Assembly (NCBI GenBank): GCA_958295755.1
Contig: OY282367.1
Span: 655,087 to 719,086 of the forward strand
DNA length: 64,000 nucleotides
Origin: an uncultured Acidimicrobiales bacterium
GTDB taxonomy: Bacteria; Actinomycetota; Acidimicrobiia; Acidimicrobiales; Hopanoidiivorantaceae
Direction: 5' to 3'
Below, one piece after another: positions 25,086-33,948 of the stretch. Every line of letters begins with the position of its first letter. Position 1 is the stretch's first letter. The notes under the pieces are model-generated. The model was not told the DNA's origin. It saw only the letters and a program-made list of their open reading frames with translations, and did no database searches. Position numbers and translations under genes: made by a program.

Positions 25086-27512
25086 ATGAACGACGAGACA
25101 AAAGCAGCTACCAAGCTCCCCTTGGAGGGTTTACGGATCATAGACGCAGCCGACGGAGTGGGGGAGTTGTGCGGACGAATGCTGGCCGACTTCGGAGCCG
25201 ATGTGATTCGCTTGGAGCCTCCCGAAGGCGCAGTTTCCAGAAAGGTAGCTCCCCTCACACCTGACGGCACTTCCAGTCTCTACTTCGCCTATCGCAACTT
25301 CAACAAGCGGGGTATCTCCTTGGATCTCACAAGCGACCAAGGCAAGACTGAGCTGTTCCGACTGCTGGCAGGTGCGGACATATATCTGCACTCCAACCGC
25401 CCATTCGACACTAAAGGCACAGACTTCGCCCCAGACGCACTTTCAGAACGCTTCGCGCATCTCATTGTCGTCTCTCTCACAGCTTTCGGACAGACCGGGC
25501 CTTATGCAGATTACGAGCACACGCCAGATGTAGTCTTCGCACTTTCGGGCTGGCTCTCAAGCTCGGGGCTACCCGGCAAACCGCCGCTCTTGATGCCCGG
25601 CCCTCAGACCTACGATTTTGCCGGCATCATGGGCTGCTTCGCTACTCTCTGTGCCCTCATCCAAAGACGCACCACAGGGCGAGGGCAGCATCTGGATGTC
25701 TCTGCCATGGAATCCGTAGCCCAATGCAACACTTGGCAGATGGCCAACGCCAAAGTCACGATAGCATCTGGCATGCAGCCACCGACCTTGCGGAGCGGCA
25801 CCAGCCCCGTCTATCCCCTGTTCAAAACCAAAGACGGCTATGTGCGTCCAGTCATTTTGAGCCCATATCAGTGGAGAGCACTCTGGGATTGGATGGGCAA
25901 GCCCGAAGAATTCGCAGCTGAAGAATGGGCAGAGACGCTATTTAGGATGATGAACCTGGATGTGCTCAATCCCTACTTGGAGCGATTTTTCGCCGACTTC
26001 AACATGGAAGAATGTGCTGCGGAAGGTCAGAAGCGTGGAGTCGTGGTGGTGCCGATGCTCAAGCCCAGCGATGTGCTGAAAAACGAGCACTACGAATCTC
26101 GCAAAGCATTCACCCAAGGCGAAGTAACTCCCGGCCAAGAGGCCGCGTTCGTGGAAGGCTCTATGGAGCTGGCACGCGAACGTCTGGGCTATCGTTTCGG
26201 TGCCCCCGAGGTTGGCCAGCACAACAGCGAAGTAGCAGCGGAAGATTGGCAGCCGATACCGGCCTCCGAATCTGCTGGCGAACCCACAGCCCCGCTCGCT
26301 GGTTTACGGGTGATTGATTTCGGACACGGCGGTGTGGGCGTTGAAGCCGGCAAGTTGCTGGCCCAATACGGAGCTGAGACCACAAAGATTGAAACTCGCT
26401 CCTATTTTGACTTCATACGCACGATGCTCAGCACTGAGATGAATGGCTCGTTTGCTTCGTCCAACTGCTCCAAGCACTCCTTCGGCGTGAATCTCAGAAC
26501 CCCGCAGGGCTGCGAAATTGTCCATCGCCTAGCAGCTGATGCCGACATCGTGATTGAAAACAACTCCACAGGCACGATGGACAAAATGAGGATCGGCTAT
26601 AGCAGCCTGAGCCAGACGAATCCTCGCATCGTCATGTCATCTAGCCAGATGATGGGGTCTCACGGCGCATTCGCCAACTGGATCGGCTACGGCCCGACCA
26701 TCCAGACCGTGAGCGGTTTGACTTGGCTCTGGAATTTCGACGACGGCGATCCTCCGCCCGGATCTATCGCCATCCACCCCGACCATATAGCTGGGCGTCT
26801 TGCAGCCGTAGCCGCGCTTGTGGGCATCTGGCAGCGATACGACACCGGCGAGGGTTGCCATCTGGAACAAGCCCAGGCAGACAACATGATGAGCCTGCTG
26901 GCAGATTTCTTCATGGAAGAGAGCCTGTGGCCAGGGTCGGTGCGACCGCGCGGCAACTCTTCACCTAGATGCGCGCCTTGGGGCGTGTTCCAGTGCGCTG
27001 GCGAAGAAGAATGGTGCGCTATCTGCGTGCGCTCCGATGACGACTGGGTCGGCCTGCGAGACGCCATGGGAAATCCCGACTGGGCACACGACCCGAAATA
27101 CGAAACAGTAGCTTGGCGTCTTGACCATGAAGCGGAGCTTTTTGCGAGGGTCTCTAAGTGGACGGCTAACCACACACCAAGAGAAGTCATGGAGACATGT
27201 CAAAACCACGGAGTGCCAGCAGGTGCCATGTTGAATGTGCTGATGCAGATGGAAGACCCGCACTTCCAAGCCAGAGGCTTTATGGTTGAAACGCCCCAGC
27301 AAGACTTGGGGCCAGACGGTGCCGCCATCAATATCTATCTGGAAGGCCCGGCTTTTGTCGGCAGCAACATGATCGGCCCCAATATCTTTCAGGCGCCACT
27401 TCTCGGGCAAAACACCAGAGAGCAGTGCGCTCGCATGGGCATGAGCGAAGAAGAAGTGGAAGAACTTATTGAGGCGGGCATCTTGGAGATCCCAAAGCGT
27501 GAGATGGCTTGA
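25086..27512 (+). CDS. tandem-fused double family III CoA-transferase (two CaiB/BaiF modules)
   Basis: This 808-aa protein has two Rossmann signatures, LEGLRIIDAADGVGELCGRMLADFGADVIRLE at the N-terminus and LAGLRVIDFGHGGVGVEAGKLLAQYGAETTKIE at about residue 405. Each is followed by a full CoA-transferase-like body. Confidence 0.75.
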   Translation: MNDETKAATKLPLEGLRIIDAADGVGELCGRMLADFGADVIRLEPPEGAVSRKVAPLTPDGTSSLYFAYRNFNKRGISLDLTSDQGKTELFRLLAGADIYLHSNRPFDTKGTDFAPDALSERFAHLIVVSLTAFGQTGPYADYEHTPDVVFALSGWLSSSGLPGKPPLLMPGPQTYDFAGIMGCFATLCALIQRRTTGRGQHLDVSAMESVAQCNTWQMANAKVTIASGMQPPTLRSGTSPVYPLFKTKDGYVRPVILSPYQWRALWDWMGKPEEFAAEEWAETLFRMMNLDVLNPYLERFFADFNMEECAAEGQKRGVVVVPMLKPSDVLKNEHYESRKAFTQGEVTPGQEAAFVEGSMELARERLGYRFGAPEVGQHNSEVAAEDWQPIPASESAGEPTAPLAGLRVIDFGHGGVGVEAGKLLAQYGAETTKIETRSYFDFIRTMLSTEMNGSFASSNCSKHSFGVNLRTPQGCEIVHRLAADADIVIENNSTGTMDKMRIGYSSLSQTNPRIVMSSSQMMGSHGAFANWIGYGPTIQTVSGLTWLWNFDDGDPPPGSIAIHPDHIAGRLAAVAALVGIWQRYDTGEGCHLEQAQADNMMSLLADFFMEESLWPGSVRPRGNSSPRCAPWGVFQCAGEEEWCAICVRSDDDWVGLRDAMGNPDWAHDPKYETVAWRLDHEAELFARVSKWTANHTPREVMETCQNHGVPAGAMLNVLMQMEDPHFQARGFMVETPQQDLGPDGAAINIYLEGPAFVGSNMIGPNIFQAPLLGQNTREQCARMGMSEEEVEELIEAGILEIPKREMA

Positions 27513-27542
27513 GGTAGCAGGTGAGAGTGGCTAGTGCTGGAG

Positions 27543-27587
27543 TGAAGAAGCCAACTGAAGAAGCCTAAGAATCCCAGTGAAGAAGCC
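27543..27587. repeat. three perfect copies of TGAAGAAGCC just upstream of rpe
   Basis: The copies are at 27543-52, 27556-65 and 27578-87. The rpe ATG is at 27593. Confidence 0.9.
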
Positions 27588-27592
27588 TACAA

Positions 27593-28297
27593 ATGACAGT
27601 TGCCCGCCCCATCCTCATCGCAGCCTCGGTGCTGACAGCTGATTTCAGTCGCCTTGGAGAAGAGTGTGTAGCTTTGGAGCAGGCCGGGGTGGATCGCATT
27701 CAGTGGGATGTGATGGACGGCAGATTCGTACCAAATCTCACCTTCGGCCCAGATGTGATAGCCAGTGTGAGAGACAAGGTGAGCTTGGGATTTGAAGCGC
27801 ACCTGATGGTAGAGCACCCAGATGAGCTAGCACATCGCTACGCAGAGGCAGGTTGTGAGCTGTTGATAGTGCATGCTGAAGCGTGTCGGCATCTGCATCG
27901 CACCTTGGATGCCATCGGAGGTTTGGGGATAGCTGCTGGCGTGGCATTGAATCCAGCTACACCCGCAGAAACTGTAGCAAATGTGCTCGACCTCTGCGAT
28001 ATGGTATTGGTGATGACGGTGAATCCCGGCTTCGGCGGGCAGAAATATCTGGCAAGTATGGAGCCGAAGATATCGCAAGTAAGAGATATGGTGGCAGCTT
28101 CAAGCACAGGCATTAGAAACATTGACATAGAAGTAGACGGCGGCATCGCCCCAGAAACTGCTGCCGGCGCAGTTAAGGCTGGCGCAAATGTGTTGGTAGC
28201 TGGAAGCTCGCTATATCGCGATGGCGGCAGCTGGCAAGATATAGACAAGTTAGCTGACTCCGTAAAATCAATCCGTTCTGTCGCCGAGTCTGTGTGA
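27593..28297 (+). CDS. rpe: ribulose-phosphate 3-epimerase
   Basis: It shows ...ASVLTADFSRLGEE...IQWDVMDGRFVPNLTFG...HLMV...VMTVNPGFGGQ...EVDGG..., which is typical of Rpe. Confidence 0.9.
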   Translation: MTVARPILIAASVLTADFSRLGEECVALEQAGVDRIQWDVMDGRFVPNLTFGPDVIASVRDKVSLGFEAHLMVEHPDELAHRYAEAGCELLIVHAEACRHLHRTLDAIGGLGIAAGVALNPATPAETVANVLDLCDMVLVMTVNPGFGGQKYLASMEPKISQVRDMVAASSTGIRNIDIEVDGGIAPETAAGAVKAGANVLVAGSSLYRDGGSWQDIDKLADSVKSIRSVAESV

Positions 28298-28319
28298 TTT
28301 CAGTCGCCCTCGGCTTCGC

Positions 28320-29624
28320 CTAAGGTTTCTGCTTTATTGCCTTCCATAGAGCTCTTGCTGATGAGTATGGAGTGATGCGACCGTCTCCGAACATCAGGTC
28401 TATGCCTGCGCCTCTGGTTTTGTGGTCATTTGAGGCACCTTTTAGGAATATGTGAGTCCATGTTTTTGAGCGCAGCATTCTTTGGGCCAGGTAGGTGCTT
28501 CTGAAGTGAGCTGAGTATCTGGAGCGAAACTGTTTTTCGTATCGGCGCAGTGCTAGATGCAGTGTTTCTGTGTCTGGTGAGGTTTCTGTGTCTGGTGAGG
28601 TTTCTGTGTCTGATGATTCTTTTTTCAACAAAGCTTTTGTAGTGCTGTCGGCAAGTAGCATTCCTGCGGTCATGCCATAGACGATACCTTCGCCACTCAA
28701 AGGGTTGATCATAGAGGCGGCGTCTCCCACTAGGGCTGTGCGCTCTGCGATAAGTTTAGGCAGGACGCCACTTGGCAGAATATGGATGCTGTGGTCGGTG
28801 GGTTCAGAACATTGCAAGCCTCTATCTGCCAGTATTTCTAGGTATTGTGCTAAAAGTTCTCTCAAATCGGGGCGTAGCTGCTGGTAGTCTTTCACAACCA
28901 TTCCACAGCCCACATTGGCCGTGCCGTTGGAGAATGGGAAGCACCAGCCATAGCCCGGTAGTAGTTGTTCTTCATAGCTGATGATGATGCGATCTGTCCA
29001 TTCGGTGGGAATTTTGGTATAGGCACGGATACCTATGCCTGTGCGTTTAGAAGAGCTTGGGGAGATGCCAGCTTGACGGCGCACCCTTGAACTGGCCCCA
29101 TCAGCCCCAACTAGCAGTTGGCAGGTGGTGATGAAGTTTTGGTCTGTTTGCTGATTGTGCAGATGTACTTGCAGCATGTTTCCTTTGGGTTCATAGCCGA
29201 CAAAGCGATGTTCTGATAGCCATAATGCGCCTATATCTATTGCTTTTTGACGGAGAAAATCGTCAAATTCCTGTCGGCGAACGGTCAATCCGTGTGAAGC
29301 ATCTAAGTTAGCTTCTTCCAGACCTGTGCTGAAAGAAATTCCTCCTATTCCGTGTACCTCTGCATAGTGCACAGGGTGAACACTGGGAATCTCGGCAAAA
29401 TCTATCTCTAAACTATTCAGCACCGATACCACGCCTGGCCCCAGCCCGTCTCCGCAGGCTTTGTCGCGTGGGAAATTCGACTTGTCAGCCAAACCAACTT
29501 TGAGGTGAGACGCGTTTTTCAGATATCTGATAGCAGTAGCACTGCCAGCAGGCCCGGCCCCCACAATGAGCACATCTAGCTCGGGAGGATTGTGATCTGT
29601 AGATTGATCGGTTTGATCTGCCAA
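28320..29624 (-). CDS. FAD-dependent geranylgeranyl-reductase family oxidoreductase
   Basis: It has the dinucleotide-binding motif DVLIVGAGPAGSATA and GDAASMINPLSGEGI, which is typical of the geranylgeranyl/menaquinone reductase family. The substrate is unknown. Confidence 0.75.
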   Translation of the reverse strand: MADQTDQSTDHNPPELDVLIVGAGPAGSATAIRYLKNASHLKVGLADKSNFPRDKACGDGLGPGVVSVLNSLEIDFAEIPSVHPVHYAEVHGIGGISFSTGLEEANLDASHGLTVRRQEFDDFLRQKAIDIGALWLSEHRFVGYEPKGNMLQVHLHNQQTDQNFITTCQLLVGADGASSRVRRQAGISPSSSKRTGIGIRAYTKIPTEWTDRIIISYEEQLLPGYGWCFPFSNGTANVGCGMVVKDYQQLRPDLRELLAQYLEILADRGLQCSEPTDHSIHILPSGVLPKLIAERTALVGDAASMINPLSGEGIVYGMTAGMLLADSTTKALLKKESSDTETSPDTETSPDTETLHLALRRYEKQFRSRYSAHFRSTYLAQRMLRSKTWTHIFLKGASNDHKTRGAGIDLMFGDGRITPYSSARALWKAIKQKP

Positions 29625-29689
29625 GTTGTCAAAACGGCTTTGCTGAAGCTACCTAAAGCTCGAAAAGCTGGTAGCAAGCTGATATCTAG

Positions 29690-30886
29690 CTAGGCAGGTC
29701 TTAGTTCGTTGAGGTAGGTGGTGTTTTCCAGCAGGATTTTTCGTTGGTCAGCTTCGTTGAACTCTTTGAGCTCCACCACATAGTCCAACGGTTGAGGTAA
29801 GCCTTCTATGTGTGGCCAGTCGGAGCCGAAGATGATATGGTCTGAGCCCATTAGCTCGGTCACCTCATGCACATCGTCTTCCCAGAAGGGGTTCATCCAG
29901 ACGTGTCTCTTGTATAGCTCCACAGGGTCTTCTTTGAACCACCACGGGTTTTTGTTGGCTATTTGGTCGAGTTTGCGCAACAGATTAGCGAGATAGTCTG
30001 AGCCGTTCTCCACAGAAGCCACCCGCAGATTGGGAAAACGTTCATACATACGCTCAAACGACATAGTAAGAAGCCAGTCTTGAGCGGCTCGTTCGATGTT
30101 GAAAGCCTTGATAGTGGGCGCGCCTTTTTTACGCACACCGGGACCACCGAATTCGGCACCGAAGCCATCTTCGTCGTATCCCTGTGAGGTGTAGCCGCTG
30201 TCGCCAGCGTGAACCACAACTGTGATGCCAGCTTCATTCACCCGAGACCAAAATGGGTCAAACATTTCGTCACCCGGAGAGCGCGGCCCAAAGCGAGTGA
30301 TTACAGGTGCAGGGCGTAGCACAACAGTGCGAGCACCATTGTCCAATGCCCATTCCAACTCTTCGCACGCCCAATTCACATCGGCCAGAGTGATATACGG
30401 CGAGGCGTAGATGCGATTCTGGTAGGAGAAGCCCCAGTCTTCTTCCAGCCAGCGGTTGAAGCCTCTGAACATTACACCAAGAGCTTCGGTATCGTGCTTG
30501 AGAAGTTCCTCATAGAGCACACCCAGAGTGGGGAACAGCCAAACAGATGAAACGCCTTGCTGGTCTAAGCGGGCGATTCGCGCATCTCGGTCGCGGTATT
30601 CAGCAGGTATCGGTTCGCGGTCGCGGAGATACTCCATTGGTGACCTGCCTTCCGGGTTGCCTCGGAAATACTTGGAGAGTGCGCCCGCCTTGGCGACGGG
30701 GTCAAATGTGGGATTCACAACAGCGTGGCTCACCACCCCGCCGATCACATGGTAGCTACGACCGTTGATTTCGCACCACTCCACACAGCGTCGATGCCAC
30801 TGTGGATCCACATGGCGAGTGAAAGCATCTAGTGCCTCGTAGTAGTGGTTGTCGCAGTCAAAGGGAAGATAGTCAAGTTCTTCCAT
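29690..30886 (-). CDS. amidohydrolase-2 (ACMSD-like metal-dependent hydrolase/decarboxylase) family protein
   Basis: It shows FDCDNHYYE near the N-terminus and ...IIFGSDWPHIEG... near the C-terminus. The start at ATG 30886 is preceded by a GGAGGAG RBS. Confidence 0.75.
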   Translation of the reverse strand: MEELDYLPFDCDNHYYEALDAFTRHVDPQWHRRCVEWCEINGRSYHVIGGVVSHAVVNPTFDPVAKAGALSKYFRGNPEGRSPMEYLRDREPIPAEYRDRDARIARLDQQGVSSVWLFPTLGVLYEELLKHDTEALGVMFRGFNRWLEEDWGFSYQNRIYASPYITLADVNWACEELEWALDNGARTVVLRPAPVITRFGPRSPGDEMFDPFWSRVNEAGITVVVHAGDSGYTSQGYDEDGFGAEFGGPGVRKKGAPTIKAFNIERAAQDWLLTMSFERMYERFPNLRVASVENGSDYLANLLRKLDQIANKNPWWFKEDPVELYKRHVWMNPFWEDDVHEVTELMGSDHIIFGSDWPHIEGLPQPLDYVVELKEFNEADQRKILLENTTYLNELRPA

Positions 30887-30931
30887 TGTTCTCCTCCTAG
30901 TGTCAACTGTTACAAATAGCTTATCGGAATA

Positions 30932-30955
30932 TGTTGCCCGCCGTGGAATTAGCAA
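30932..30955 (+). repeat. 24-nt conserved intergenic motif, copy 2 (TGTTGCCCGCCGTGGAATTAGCAA)
   Basis: It is 22/24 identical to 22856-22879. It lies in the divergent region upstream of the 388-aa hypothetical gene. Confidence 0.85.
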
Positions 30956-30986
30956 TACCTAAAGACACTAAACTTGATTGAGTTAT

Positions 30987-31007
30987 ACAGTTGTGTTATA
31001 CAACTGT
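30987..31007. promoter_or_regulatory. inverted repeat ACAGTTGT-N5-ACAACTGT overlapping the direct repeat GTTATACA x2 (candidate operator)
   Basis: It lies in the 142-bp divergent region between the amidohydrolase-2 gene and the 388-aa hypothetical gene. It ends 22 bp upstream of ATG 31029. Confidence 0.3.
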
Positions 31008-31028
31008 TACAGAAACAGGAGGAACCCA

Positions 31029-32192
31029 ATGCTCACGCCTTTTGACGACTATCCAATTCACCCCTCGGCCGATCCGATAGCTCATCCAGCTTCGGGCAAC
31101 CCGAACCATTATGATAGATATTTCTTCAACGGCACCGAGCGTGATGGTGAGTTTTTCATCGGTGGTGCTATGGGGCACTATCCGGTGCGTGGCGTGGTTG
31201 ACGCTGCTTTCAGCGTGGTGCATGAGGGAGTTGAGCACTCGGTTTTTGCTTCGGGGCGTATGCCACTGGATCGCTCCACAGAAGTGGGACCTCTGCGGGT
31301 GGAAGTGCTGGAGCCGATGCGCACCTTACGCTATGTGGTGTCGCCTAATGATCAAGGACTGGAAGCAGATGTTACATTCAGAGCTCGCACTATTGCCGTG
31401 GAAGAGCCTCGACAGAAGCGCATTGGTGCCGATGGCGTAGAAATTATGGATCACACTCGCCTTACGCAATGGGGCACATGGGAAGGCATTATCCACATCG
31501 GCGATACCACCATTGAGGTAGATCCCAGCAGGGTTTTTGCTGTGCGAGACCGCTCTTGGGGCACTCGTCCAGTCGGCGAACCTGCTCCTACTAACCGCCC
31601 GCAACGTATGCCGCAAGTATTTTGGCTTTGGGCACCTCTGCACTTTGACGACCTTTGCACACATCTAGCCTTGCACGAGAATCCCGATGGAAGCCGCTGG
31701 CTGGAGTCAGCTTTGAGAGTGCCGCTACTGGCTTCCGATGATGCCCCTACCTACGGCACCGATCCCACCGAAGAGCTAACAGAAATCGGCTATGAGATTG
31801 AATGGATGCCGGGTCGCAGAGAGATGCAGTGGGCTGCGCTCAACTTTCTCGGACAGGACGGCTCGCCCCATCGCATAGAACTGGAGCGGTTTTACACATT
31901 TAGAATGCGAGGCATCGGCTACACGAACCCTCACTGGTCGCACGGTTCTAACCATGGTGACTTAGAGGTGGGAGGAGAATCAATCGGCGTGGACGATTTC
32001 GACTTCGCAGACCTCAGTTCAATGCACATTCAGACTCTGTGCAGAGCACGCTACGGCGATCGCGTAGGTATCGGTGTGCTGGAGCAGATGGCACTCGGTA
32101 GCCATGCTCCCACCAAACTAGATGGCATCTTGGACGGAGCCAACAACAGTACACGCCATTTCAGCAAACTGGGTTACCACCCCGATATGTAA
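31029..32192 (+). CDS. hypothetical protein (388 aa), divergent partner of the amidohydrolase
   Basis: A strong AGGAGG RBS sits before ATG 31029. Codon usage looks like the neighbouring genes. It contains ...VRDRSWGTRP... and ...FWLWAPLHFDD.... I cannot confidently assign a family. Confidence 0.5.
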   Translation: MLTPFDDYPIHPSADPIAHPASGNPNHYDRYFFNGTERDGEFFIGGAMGHYPVRGVVDAAFSVVHEGVEHSVFASGRMPLDRSTEVGPLRVEVLEPMRTLRYVVSPNDQGLEADVTFRARTIAVEEPRQKRIGADGVEIMDHTRLTQWGTWEGIIHIGDTTIEVDPSRVFAVRDRSWGTRPVGEPAPTNRPQRMPQVFWLWAPLHFDDLCTHLALHENPDGSRWLESALRVPLLASDDAPTYGTDPTEELTEIGYEIEWMPGRREMQWAALNFLGQDGSPHRIELERFYTFRMRGIGYTNPHWSHGSNHGDLEVGGESIGVDDFDFADLSSMHIQTLCRARYGDRVGIGVLEQMALGSHAPTKLDGILDGANNSTRHFSKLGYHPDM

Positions 32193-32212
32193 TGCCCGAT
32201 ATGTAGAAGCAG

Positions 32213-32286
32213 CACCCCCGGCAGGATTCGAACCCGCGACCTTGGGATTAGAAATCCCCTGCTCTGTCCATCTGAGCTACGGGGGC
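32213..32286 (-). tRNA. tRNA-Arg (anticodon TCT)
   Basis: The minus strand reads GCCCCCGTAGCTCAGATGGACAGAGCAGGGGATTTCTAATCCCAAGGTCGCGGGTTCGAATCCTGCCGGGGGTG. The anticodon loop is TTTCTAA. Confidence 0.85.
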
Positions 32287-32328
32287 CTGTGGATTAAAGG
32301 CTAACAGCCGATAGACTAAAACAGACGC

Positions 32329-32404
32329 GGTGGCCGTAGCTCAGTCTGGTTAGAGCGCCGGGTTGTGGTCCCGGAGGTCGGGGGTTCGAAGCCCCTCGGT
32401 CACC
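32329..32404 (+). tRNA. tRNA-His (anticodon GTG) with encoded G-1
   Basis: The sequence is GGTGGCCGTAGCTCAGTCTGGTTAGAGCGCCGGGTTGTGGTCCCGGAGGTCGGGGGTTCGAAGCCCCTCGGTCACC. The extra 5' G opposite C73 is diagnostic of tRNA-His. Confidence 0.9.
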
Positions 32405-32434
32405 CAAAAAATTCAGCATAAATTTAACTACCAA

Positions 32435-32507
32435 GCCCCTCTAGCTCAATTGGCAGAGCAACGGACTCTTAATCCGCAGGTTCTGGGTTCGAGTCCCAGG
32501 GGGGGTA
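32435..32507 (+). tRNA. tRNA-Lys (anticodon CTT)
   Basis: The sequence is GCCCCTCTAGCTCAATTGGCAGAGCAACGGACTCTTAATCCGCAGGTTCTGGGTTCGAGTCCCAGGGGGGGTA. The anticodon loop is CTCTTAA. Confidence 0.85.
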
Positions 32508-32538
32508 CTTTATCACGCTTGGCATACACTAGAAGTTT

Positions 32539-33897
32539 GTGAAAAGCACGGTAGAGAACTTAGAGGGGAACAAAGTCAAACTTTCGGTGGAGGTAGACGC
32601 TACCGAATTCGCTGACGATTTAGAGACTATGTTTAGGCAACTTGCCAAAGAGCTGAAGTTGCCTGGCTTCCGTAAGGGCAAAGCTCCCCGCAGTGTCATC
32701 GAAGCTCGCCTTGGTAAGGAATACACACGGCGTCGCACTTTGGAAGAGTCTCTGCCAAAATACTGTTCGCAGGCTATTGCCGACCATCAGGTAGAAGCCA
32801 TCGCTGCGCCTGAAGTCGACATCAAATCTGAGATCGAAGATGACGCAGTGGTATTTGACATGGTTGTGGAGGTGCGCCCAGAGGTGCGCGTGGCTGGTTA
32901 TGCTTCGCTGAGAGTTGAGATTCCACCTCCAACCCCCACCGAAGATGAGATAGCTGAAGAGATAAACAGATTCCGGGGACATTTTGGAACCCTTGAGCAA
33001 GTGGGGAGACCTGCCATAGAAAAAGACCGAGTCACAGTAGATCTGAGAGCCACCTACAACGGCGAGACATTTGAGCCATTTGAGGCTTCCGACTATGTGT
33101 ATGAAGTCGGCTCGGGTTCGACAGGTTTTGAAGATTTCGACAAGAACCTCATCGGAAGCCAAGCAGGGCAGATATTTGACTTAAATGTTCCCCACCCGGA
33201 AGTAGATGGCGATCTCATCCGCATCAAGACTCTGGTGAAAGATGTTCAAGAAAACAAACTGCCAGCCTTCACAGACGAATTCGCTACTGAGTCCACAGAG
33301 TTTGACACGGTAGAAGAGTTGCGCGCTGATTTCACCGAGAAGCTCACCGCCAACAAGCGGGAGCAAGTGGCGCGGCTTTTCGGTCAGAAAATGGAAGATG
33401 CCTTGGTGCTACTGGTGGAAGAGACGCTCTCTGAGGCCCTTATCAGGCAAGCCACTCAAGAGGTGCTTCAAAACTTGATACTCCGTTTACAGTCCGCTGG
33501 TTTGGATTTAGAAAGGTATCTGGAAGTCACAGGTCAGACGCCAGAAGCTTTTACCGAAATGATGAGAGCTGAAGGCGAGAAGCAGGCGAAACTAGATGTG
33601 GCTTTGAGGGCTGTGGCAGCAGCCGAAGAAATCTCTGTGTCGGACGAAGAAGTATACGAAGTATTTGACAGGGCGGCGGCAATGGAGTCTCAAGGAGGTG
33701 CGGGTGAGGCTGGCGAAGCAACACCCCGAGAGCGGCCACCGGTTGAGAATTTGAAAGGCTTGAGGACGGAGATGTTGAAGCGGGAGGCGTTTATGTGGGT
33801 TTGTCGACAGGCTGAGATAGTTGACGCCGATGGCACGTCTATTGAGTATGCTGAGTTGTTTCCCAAAACAGATGACGACGATTTTGAAAATCAATAG
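32539..33897 (+). CDS. tig: trigger factor
   Basis: The N-terminus MKSTVENLEGNKVKLSVEVDATEF and ...FRKGKAPRSVIE... (the ribosome-binding GFRxGxxP motif) fit trigger factor. It is followed by clpP and clpX. Confidence 0.9.
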   Translation: MKSTVENLEGNKVKLSVEVDATEFADDLETMFRQLAKELKLPGFRKGKAPRSVIEARLGKEYTRRRTLEESLPKYCSQAIADHQVEAIAAPEVDIKSEIEDDAVVFDMVVEVRPEVRVAGYASLRVEIPPPTPTEDEIAEEINRFRGHFGTLEQVGRPAIEKDRVTVDLRATYNGETFEPFEASDYVYEVGSGSTGFEDFDKNLIGSQAGQIFDLNVPHPEVDGDLIRIKTLVKDVQENKLPAFTDEFATESTEFDTVEELRADFTEKLTANKREQVARLFGQKMEDALVLLVEETLSEALIRQATQEVLQNLILRLQSAGLDLERYLEVTGQTPEAFTEMMRAEGEKQAKLDVALRAVAAAEEISVSDEEVYEVFDRAAAMESQGGAGEAGEATPRERPPVENLKGLRTEMLKREAFMWVCRQAEIVDADGTSIEYAELFPKTDDDDFENQ

Positions 33898-33948
33898 CGA
33901 AAAACAGATAACTCATCTACCCTGTAAGAAACTCAAAGGAAATCATCA

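Noticed and set aside
32122-32304. A 60-aa ORF reading ...APPAGFEPATLGLEIPCSVHLSYGG...
   Set aside because: It is the translation of the antisense strand of tRNA-Arg (T-arm gives GFEP), so it is not a gene.
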